Positions 57,411-64,000 of a stretch of DNA of 64,000 nucleotides are shown here, in pieces. The stretch is from Fibrobacter succinogenes (GTDB lineage: Bacteria > Fibrobacterota > Fibrobacteria > Fibrobacterales > Fibrobacteraceae). Numbering within the stretch: position 1 is the stretch's first letter; every line of letters starts with the position of its first letter. The notes beneath the pieces are model-generated. The model was given only the letters and a program-made list of their open reading frames with translations, was not told where the DNA came from and made no database searches. A program made the position numbers and the translations under genes. The stretch covers positions 1,087 to 65,086 of the forward strand of contig CACXKY010000002.1 in the NCBI GenBank assembly GCA_902768325.1, written 5' to 3'.

Positions 57411-57598
57411 GTGAGCAATAAGCGCCTCGTATTAACGAGGCGTGATTGCGAGAGTTCGCGCCAGCCCTGTACTTGTTTTACAGAATCTAGCGCGAACGGT
57501 CTATTGTGAGCAACGAAGCCCCAGTTATTAAACTGGGGCGGTTGCGAGAGTTCGCGCCAGCCCTGTACTTGTTTTACAGAATCTAGCGCGAACGGTCT
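57411..57598. repeat. Two tandem ~95-bp double-hairpin repeat units
   Basis: Units at 57411-57502 and 57506-57598. The 57-bp 3' part (TTGCGAGAGTTCGCG...CGCGAACGGTCT) is identical in both. Confidence 0.9.
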
Positions 57599-57599
57599 C

Positions 57600-57844
57600 A
57601 TTTCGCCTGGCGCTACTTCGTAGCGCAATCCTAAGCGCCTCGGTCATAGGAGCGAGTTATTGGATGCCTTCGGCATCAGTCCGCTTCGGCTCCGAAATGT
57701 CGAAAAACAAGTTTTTCTCCATTCCGTTCCTCGCAGACCCTTGCTCCTGCGACTCTCGGCTTATTTAGCTTTGGCACTCCTGCGGAGTGCAGCTCAGGGC
57801 GGCTCAGTCATGGCAACAAGCAAGCTTGTTGCCGCGACATTCGC
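57600..57844. repeat. Multi-hairpin REP-like or structured element
   Basis: Hairpins GCGCTA-CTTCG-TAGCGC, GATGCC-TTC-GGCATC, GAAAAA-CAAG-TTTTTC, GCACTCC-TGC-GGAGTGC and GGCAACAAGC-AA-GCTTGTTGCC. Confidence 0.65.
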
Positions 57845-60217
57845 CTACTTCGCCTTTTTCATAATCTGCTTGAGCATAGAATTCAGCTTGCCGACTTGGA
57901 CAGGGGCGGCGGGCTTTTTCGGAGCGAAGCCCGGACGTTCCTTACCGGCAATCTTATTCTTGAGGTCGGCGATAGTCGCGTGGTTGTCGCGGCCGCGGCC
58001 ACCGAAGTTACCGCGGTTGCCACCGACACGCTGGCCGCGAGGGCCATTCGCGCCTGCACCGGCCACACCGTCGGCAGACTCCTGCTTCATCGAGAGGCTG
58101 ATTCTCTTCTGGTTCGCATCGACAGCAACCACACGCACCTTCACCACGTCACCCACGGTCAGGACTTCCTTCGCGTCGGTCACGTACTTGTCGCTGATCT
58201 CGGAAATGTGAACGAGGCCGTCCTGGTGAACGCCGATATCCACGAACGCACCGAAGTTAGCGACGTTCGTGACAACGCCTTCCATCCAGCTGCCCGTCAC
58301 GAGGTCGTTGATGGTCTTGATGCGGTCATCGAACTTCGCATAACGGAATTCCTTACGCGGGTCGCGGCTCGGCTTCTGCAATTCCTTCACGATATCGTCG
58401 AGAGTCGCCTTACCGACTTCGTCGGAGAGGAACTCGTCGAGCTTGATCGCCTTCACGGCTTCGGCATTGCCGACCATGTCCTTCACCGGAACGCCGACCT
58501 TTTCGGCCATCTGTTCCACGAGGGCGTAATTTTCGGGGTGCACGGCGGAATCGTCGAGCGGGTTTTCGGCACCCGGGATGCGCATGAAGCCCGCAGCCTG
58601 CTCGAAGGCCTTCGGACCGAATCCCTTCACCTTCTTCAAGTCTTCGCGGCTTGCAAAGGCGCCATTGTCTTCGCGGTACTTCACAATCGCTTCGGAGAGC
58701 GTATTGCTGAGGCCCGCCACATGGGCAAGAAGCGGAGCAGACGCGCTGTTCACGTCGACACCGACCATGTTCACGCAGCTTTCCACGACTTCGTCGAGGC
58801 GCTTCTTGAGTTCGCGCTGGTTCACGTCGTGCTGGTACTGGCCAACACCGATGGACTGCGGGTCCACCTTCACGAGTTCGGCAAGCGGATCCTGCAGGCG
58901 ACGGCCGATAGAAATGGCGCCACGGGTCGTCACGTCTTCCTTCGGGAATTCCTGGATAGCAATCATGCTGGCGCTGTACACGGATGCGCCCGCTTCGGAC
59001 ACGATGACGCGCGGCGGCACCTTGCCCTTGAACTTGAGGGCCATCTCGCCACAGAAGGCGTCGGTCTCGCGGCTTGCGGTACCGTTACCGATGGCGATCA
59101 AATCTATCTTGTACTTATCGATAAGCTGCATCAGGTACACAGCCGCGCCCGCCTTGTCGTTGTGCGGTTCATGCGGCTTGATGATGCCGTGGTCCAGGAA
59201 CTTGCCGTTCTCGTCGAGCACGGCCACCTTGCAACCCGTACGGAAGCCCGGGTCGAGCGCGAGCACGGCCTTGTGGCCGGCAGGGGCGGCGAGCAGAACA
59301 TCCTGCAGGTTCTTGCTAAACACCTTGAAAGCTTCTTCTTCGGCAGCGTCCTTCAGAAGGAGGCGCACTTCGCTTTCCATGCTCGGCTGCAGCAAACGTT
59401 CCCAGGCGTCCTGGCACATTTCTTCGAGGTACGGCTTCCACACGGAATCGCCCTTGATGACCTGGGCCTTGAGGTAACCCACCATTTCTTCGGTCGGCAC
59501 TTCGATCGTGAGGCGCAGGACCTTTTCCTTTTCACCGCGACGGAGCGCGAGCATACGGTGGCTCGGAATCTTGCCGACCGGTTCGCTGAAGTCGTAGTAG
59601 TCCTTGAACTTCGTTTCCTGCTTTTCGAAATCCTTCTTGACCTTGGAAACCATGACGCCCGTCTTTTCGACCTTGTTGCGGAGGTACTGGCGGAATTCGG
59701 TATTGTCGGCCACTTCTTCGGCGAGGATATCGCAGGCGCCCTTGAGGGCGGCCTTCGGATCGGCGAGGCCCTTCTCTTCGGAGAGGTAGATGCGGGCAAT
59801 TTCTTCGGCGGTGTTGCCGGTATTTTCTTGAGCCCACATCAGGCGGGCCAGCGGTTCAAGACCGAGTTCCTTCGCAATCGTCGCACGGGTGCGCTTCTTG
59901 GGTTTGTACGGAGCGTAAATATCTTCGAGGAGCGTCTTGTCCTTACAGGCTTCAATCTGGGCCTTGAGTTCGGGAGTCAGCTTGCCCTGTTCCTCGATGC
60001 TCTTGAGGACCGTTTCCTTGCGGTCCATCAGTTCTTGCAAATAATCGCGACGGTGGCTGATGTCGCGCAGTTCAATTTCGTTGAGGGTTCCCGTCTGGTC
60101 CTTGCGGTAGCGGGCAATGAAGGGGACCGTGCCCCCCTGGTCCATGAGTTCGAGCGCCTTGGCAACGCGCCATACTTCGAGGTTCAGTTCTTCGGCGATA
60201 ACTGCAGAAAAATCCAT
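57845..60217 (-). CDS. tex: Tex family RNA-binding transcriptional accessory protein
   Basis: TVPFIARYRK, LDPGFRTGCK, IGVGQYQHD, HhH motif and S1 domain (NFGAFVDIGVHQDGLVHIS). Confidence 0.96.
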   Translation of the reverse strand: MDFSAVIAEELNLEVWRVAKALELMDQGGTVPFIARYRKDQTGTLNEIELRDISHRRDYLQELMDRKETVLKSIEEQGKLTPELKAQIEACKDKTLLEDIYAPYKPKKRTRATIAKELGLEPLARLMWAQENTGNTAEEIARIYLSEEKGLADPKAALKGACDILAEEVADNTEFRQYLRNKVEKTGVMVSKVKKDFEKQETKFKDYYDFSEPVGKIPSHRMLALRRGEKEKVLRLTIEVPTEEMVGYLKAQVIKGDSVWKPYLEEMCQDAWERLLQPSMESEVRLLLKDAAEEEAFKVFSKNLQDVLLAAPAGHKAVLALDPGFRTGCKVAVLDENGKFLDHGIIKPHEPHNDKAGAAVYLMQLIDKYKIDLIAIGNGTASRETDAFCGEMALKFKGKVPPRVIVSEAGASVYSASMIAIQEFPKEDVTTRGAISIGRRLQDPLAELVKVDPQSIGVGQYQHDVNQRELKKRLDEVVESCVNMVGVDVNSASAPLLAHVAGLSNTLSEAIVKYREDNGAFASREDLKKVKGFGPKAFEQAAGFMRIPGAENPLDDSAVHPENYALVEQMAEKVGVPVKDMVGNAEAVKAIKLDEFLSDEVGKATLDDIVKELQKPSRDPRKEFRYAKFDDRIKTINDLVTGSWMEGVVTNVANFGAFVDIGVHQDGLVHISEISDKYVTDAKEVLTVGDVVKVRVVAVDANQKRISLSMKQESADGVAGAGANGPRGQRVGGNRGNFGGRGRDNHATIADLKNKIAGKERPGFAPKKPAAPVQVGKLNSMLKQIMKKAK

Positions 60218-60438
60218 TTGATATTCCTACTTGTAGAATTTTAGGGTCATGAATGCCCTGGGTTGACATAGCCGTACGGCTTCCGCCGCACGCACCTCCA
60301 TCCGGAGGTCTTCCGAATATAGTAAAAGAAAATGTCAATTTTATGACAAAAAATGAATATCCCGAAGGTCTTCCATACGGCCTTCCACGGTTTAAAAACC
60401 ATTATTTCATTGACAATCAACGAGATAGCAAACAATCG

Positions 60439-61293
60439 CTATTTTGTCCGGTATATATCCCCATCGGAGCTCCTAAAGCGCCGGTGCGTAAAACCGTACC
60501 AGTAACAGGGATGCCCGCCAACAAGGCGGCCCAGCCAATCGTTAAATCCGTCCATCACGGACTGCGGCGGGACCTCGACAGCGTGGAGCTTTTTCACGGA
60601 AGCGTCATAGTCTTCAAGCCAACAGACGAACACGGGTGTTCCCGGACGGTGCTTCAGCAGGAATCCCGGAAGCGGATTGTTGTGGACGCGCTTTCCCAGG
60701 AATTCACCACCCACCGCGCTCGGGATGCGGCTATCTTGGTCAGAAAGCAGGCAGAACAAATTACCTGAATCAAGCAGGCGCAGGAATTCGCGGGGCGTAC
60801 GCGCATCGACGGAATAACGGCGACCGCCGACCGCACGGATGCGACCTTCCAAAATGCGGTTGAGCCACGACGGTTTCACCGGGATGTAGCTCGCCGTGAG
60901 CGGGATGCCCAAGCAGCAGAGCCAAGGGCCAATCGCTTCGTAGTTCCCGTAATGGGCCGTCAAGAAGATTCCGCCCTGGCGCATCTTTTCGAGCACCGGT
61001 GCAGAGCCTTCCGCAATCCTAAAGTTCCATCCGTCGACACGGCAGGGATAACAAGAAAGGTCTGCGGGCAAGCGCTTGAACGTACCGAAGCGGAAAAGGA
61101 GTTCGCCGACATGGCGCGTGAGGTTGTTCAATATGCCCCGGTAAATTTTCCTGGCATGTGCCTCATCCGATGCGATGCCGACATGGCGCAAGTTCGCATA
61201 TACCGTTGAACGTTTCCAACCCGCAGCCAAAAGCACACCGTAGGCGCTACGGGCAAAAACGGCGGCACAAAATCTGCTCAGAAACGACATCAC
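60439..61293 (-). CDS. Lipid A lauroyl/LpxL-like acyltransferase
   Basis: TAHYGNYE, LSDQD, FLG and WYGFTHRRF motifs. The true start is GTG 61293 or ATG 61290, not 61869. Confidence 0.8.
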   Translation of the reverse strand: MMSFLSRFCAAVFARSAYGVLLAAGWKRSTVYANLRHVGIASDEAHARKIYRGILNNLTRHVGELLFRFGTFKRLPADLSCYPCRVDGWNFRIAEGSAPVLEKMRQGGIFLTAHYGNYEAIGPWLCCLGIPLTASYIPVKPSWLNRILEGRIRAVGGRRYSVDARTPREFLRLLDSGNLFCLLSDQDSRIPSAVGGEFLGKRVHNNPLPGFLLKHRPGTPVFVCWLEDYDASVKKLHAVEVPPQSVMDGFNDWLGRLVGGHPCYWYGFTHRRFRSSDGDIYRTK

Positions 61294-61332
61294 AGGCACA
61301 ATATACCATTTTTTACTACTATTATATATACT

Positions 61333-61689
61333 ATGAGTGAAAACTGCCTTTTCTGCAAAATCATCAAGGGTGAAATCCCTTCCAAGAAAATCTACGAAGA
61401 CGACGACGTGTTCGCCTTCTACGACATCGCCCCGCAAGCGCCGGTGCACTTCCTCGTGGTGCCCAAGCGCCACATCGCAACCATCATGGACATGAAGCCC
61501 GAAGATTGCGAACTCGTGGGCAAGATGCTCTACCGCGCCCAACTTATCGCCAAAGACCTCGGTCTCGAAGAAGGCGGAGCGCGTTTCGTATTCAACTGCA
61601 AGGCCGACGCCGGACAGACCGTATTCCACATCCACCTGCACGTGGTGGGCGGACAAGTCATGGGCTGGCCCCCGTTCCCAGCGAAATAG
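61333..61689 (+). CDS. hinT: Histidine triad nucleotide-binding protein
   Basis: CLFCKI, DIAPQAPVH and GQTVFHIHLHV motifs. Confidence 0.95.
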   Translation: MSENCLFCKIIKGEIPSKKIYEDDDVFAFYDIAPQAPVHFLVVPKRHIATIMDMKPEDCELVGKMLYRAQLIAKDLGLEEGGARFVFNCKADAGQTVFHIHLHVVGGQVMGWPPFPAK

Positions 61690-61833
61690 CTCGCTCCCTG
61701 CGGTCGCTTTGAGCAATGGGGTCGCAACCTTACGGTTGCTTTGAGGTTTGAGTAAATCAGTAAACCTCAAAGCGCAGCGAGCCCAAAGGCGCAACGCGCC
61801 GACCTCAGAGCGAAGCGACCTCATACCCCATTC
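61689..61833. repeat. REP-like intergenic palindromic element
   Basis: GCTTTGAGGTTT...AAACCTCAAAGC (12-bp stem), GCAACC-TTAC-GGTTGC, enclosing AATGGGGT...ACCCCATT, and repeated GCTTTGAG and GACCTCA words. Confidence 0.65.
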
Positions 61834-61839
61834 CCCAAC

Positions 61840-62577
61840 ATGATTAAAACCCGCGCCATAGTCCTGCATAGGTTCCCCTACAGCGACTCCAGCTTTATCG
61901 TAAAAGCACTCACGGAAGAGTGTGGCGTGGTCAGCTTTATCGTCAAGGGCGGCAAGCGCAAGGAATCCCCGTTCAAGGGTGCGCTCGACCCGCTCGCCTT
62001 AAGCGAAGTCGTCTTCCGCGAAAATCCCAATACCGAACTGCAGTTCATCAAGGAAGCGACGCTCATCGAATGGCGCAAGAACCTCCGCGAAGACCTGCTC
62101 GCCCTCGCGAAAGCGCAAGCTATGGCAGAAATCGTCTTGCGCTACGCCCCGCAAGGGGTCCCGTTGCAGGCGGAGTTCCAACTGCTGGAAAAGGCGACCG
62201 CCGCCCTCGACTGCCCTCCCGAAACACCGAAGCAAAACATTTTTGCCCGCTGGCTGCTCGACACCTGCGACGTATGGGGCTACAACCTCGATCTCGGAAC
62301 GTGCTGCCGCTGCGGAAAAAATCTCGACACGGCACCGGCCGACTTCGTCCCCGAAACAGGCGCCATCATCTGCAAGGAATGCCTCGGCGTCACGACGCCA
62401 CGCGTGCGCCCGGAAACATCGCGCGACTTATGGAATCTGTTGAAGGGCAATAATTTAGAATCCCCGCAGTTCGTCGAGAACGCCCTCCTCGCCTACCTGC
62501 GCCACCATATCGGTTTCCATAAAGAACTCAAGTCTTTACAGTTTCTGAACGACACACGAAAACTGTTCGGGTGCTAG
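61840..62577 (+). CDS. recO: DNA repair protein RecO
   Basis: AIVL...YSDSS.IV..LT...G OB fold; CxxC...CxxC zinc finger. Confidence 0.9.
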   Translation: MIKTRAIVLHRFPYSDSSFIVKALTEECGVVSFIVKGGKRKESPFKGALDPLALSEVVFRENPNTELQFIKEATLIEWRKNLREDLLALAKAQAMAEIVLRYAPQGVPLQAEFQLLEKATAALDCPPETPKQNIFARWLLDTCDVWGYNLDLGTCCRCGKNLDTAPADFVPETGAIICKECLGVTTPRVRPETSRDLWNLLKGNNLESPQFVENALLAYLRHHIGFHKELKSLQFLNDTRKLFGC

Positions 62578-62631
62578 AAAATCCCAAATTTTCTACCTTT
62601 ACACTATAAATATATATATAGAGGTTTTTCA

Positions 62632-63378
62632 ATGCTCTCTCCAAGTGATATCGTTGCCAAGAAACAGAAAGGTGAAAAAGTTTCGATGATCACGGCCTAC
62701 GACTTCGCATTCGCCCAGATGGCGGAAGCGGCCGGAGTGGACCAGATTCTCGTGGGCGATAGCCTCGCCAACACGATGCTCGGCTACAAGAGCACCCGCG
62801 AAATCGGCATGAACGAGATGTTGATCTTCGTCGCGGCCGTCTGCCGTGGCGCCCCGAACACCCACGTTGTCGCCGACATGCCCTACCTGAGCGACAAGGA
62901 TCCCCAAACCGCTTACGATAACGCTCGACGCTTTATGGACTTGGGCGCCGCAAGCATCAAGCTGGAAGGAACTCCCGCAGGAGTCATTGAATTCCTGCGC
63001 AGCAAGGACATTCCCGTCTGCGCGCACCACGGGCTGTTACCGCAGACCGCCGAGAACTTCAAGCAGAAAGGCAAGACCGAAGAAGAAGCACGCGCCATCG
63101 AGGCCGCGGCAAAGTTCACGGATGACCTCGGATGCTTCGAAATGGTGCTCGAACACATCCCCGAAGAACTCGGAAAGAAGATTACAGACGAAGTGAGCGC
63201 CGTCACAATCGGAATTGGCGGTGGAAAATTTACAAACGGACACGTGCTCGTGATGCACGACGCGCTCGGCATGCACGCACGAAAGTTGCCACCTTTTGCG
63301 ACGAAGTTTGTCGACATGTATGCACTCGGAGTTGAAGGATTCAAGAAATACATCGACAGCGTGAATGCGAAAGTTTAA
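62632..63378 (+). CDS. panB: 3-methyl-2-oxobutanoate hydroxymethyltransferase
   Basis: ITAYD, LVGDSL, VADMP, KLEG and TIGIG motifs. Confidence 0.96.
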   Translation: MLSPSDIVAKKQKGEKVSMITAYDFAFAQMAEAAGVDQILVGDSLANTMLGYKSTREIGMNEMLIFVAAVCRGAPNTHVVADMPYLSDKDPQTAYDNARRFMDLGAASIKLEGTPAGVIEFLRSKDIPVCAHHGLLPQTAENFKQKGKTEEEARAIEAAAKFTDDLGCFEMVLEHIPEELGKKITDEVSAVTIGIGGGKFTNGHVLVMHDALGMHARKLPPFATKFVDMYALGVEGFKKYIDSVNAKV

Positions 63379-63406
63379 TACTTTGAGCATCACCAAGTTA
63401 CAAATC

Positions 63407-63437
63407 AAAAAATCCCGTCGCGCGACGGGATTTTTTT
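63407..63437 (+). terminator. Intrinsic terminator
   Basis: AAAAAATCCCGTCG-CG-CGACGGGATTTTTT. Confidence 0.85.
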
Positions 63438-63544
63438 GTTGTCGGAAGACGATTTTTTCGCACCGTCGACGCTCATTTTACATACAAACTAACAAGCCAT
63501 TTTTCCAGAATAAAAAAGTCAAATTTTTTCCTTGTCAATAGCTT

Positions 63545-63607
63545 TAAGAAAAAAAAATGAAAAAAATTAAAAAAAGTGTTGATTATTTGTGAAAATAAAG
63601 TTATTTT
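63545..63607 (+). promoter_or_regulatory. Putative strong sigma70 promoter with A-tract UP element
   Basis: TTGATT (63579)-17 bp-TATTTT (63602), preceded by phased A-tracts. Confidence 0.55.
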
Positions 63608-63648
63608 ATAGTCATCAAACAATTAACCCTCAAAAAAGGAAGAATAAA

Positions 63649-63930
63649 ATGGCTACAACAAAGAAACCCGCTAAGAAACCCGCTGCTAAGAAGCCCGCTG
63701 CCAAGAAGCCCGCTGCTAAGAAGCCGGCCGCCAAGAAGCCCGCTGCCAAGAAGCCGGCTGCTGCCAAGAAGCCCGCTGCTAAGAAGCCGGCCGCCAAGAA
63801 GCCCGCTGCTGCTAAGAAGCCGGCTGCCAAGAAGCCCGCTGCTAAGAAGCCGGCTGCTGCCAAGAAGCCCGCTGCTAAGAAGCCGGCCGCCAAGAAGCCC
63901 GCTGCTAAGAAGCCGGCTGCCAAGAAGTAA
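63649..63930 (+). CDS. Histone H1-like KKPAA-repeat protein
   Basis: AGGA SD; 93 aa with 17 KKPA-core units; synonymous variation among units; own terminator. Confidence 0.85.
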   Translation: MATTKKPAKKPAAKKPAAKKPAAKKPAAKKPAAKKPAAAKKPAAKKPAAKKPAAAKKPAAKKPAAKKPAAAKKPAAKKPAAKKPAAKKPAAKK

Positions 63931-63957
63931 TTATTCTTCTTTAAAAGCTCTCTTTTG

Positions 63958-63991
63958 GGAAAGGACTCGCGTAAGCGAGTCCTTTCTTTTT
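63958..63991 (+). terminator. Intrinsic terminator
   Basis: GAAAGGACTCGC-GTAA-GCGAGTCCTTTC followed by a T-run. Confidence 0.88.
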
Positions 63992-64000
63992 CATCCGTTT

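Noticed and set aside
57411-57598. Possible mini-CRISPR array
   Set aside because: Only two units, a 57-bp constant block, homologous hairpin-forming 'spacers', and no cas genes in the window.
57281-57628. 115-aa minus-strand ORF with a duplicated peptide
   Set aside because: It is the translation of the tandem DNA repeat and overlaps a terminator and the esterase 3' end.
63630-63923. Minus-strand AAGFL-repeat ORF
   Set aside because: Antisense of the KKPAA gene; the SD, promoter and terminator all support the plus strand.

Overview
This is a 64-kb chromosomal window, most likely from a Fibrobacter sp. The assignment rests on FISUMP/TIGR02145-, TIGR02171- and TIGR02147-type paralog families, a CBM11-GH5 endoglucanase and a CE6 esterase. 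It contains the dcw cluster (mraZ to ftsZ, lacking mraY-murD), lrgAB, three FISUMP lipoproteins, a SagB-like nitroreductase, a peptidase/PD40/Omp85-like protein, an Mla/MCE transporter, argB-argD, a ferredoxin, tex, recO, panB and a KKPAA-repeat histone-like protein. I saw no rRNA, tRNA, CRISPR array, transposase or prophage. Main observations: (i) a coupled five-gene envelope operon of three paralogous Ig/Fn3-like lipoproteins plus two paralogous PEGA proteins sharing a C-terminal membrane module; (ii) a nested palindromic repeat inserted in frame in a coding gene; (iii) a ~95-bp tandem element with covarying hairpins next to a multi-hairpin block; (iv) an orphan protein resembling a phage tail tube; (v) widespread apparently leaderless gene starts; (vi) a radical SAM gene with two internal deletions; (vii) structured UTRs at ftsZ and tex. 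Family assignments come from motif recognition by eye, not from database searches.
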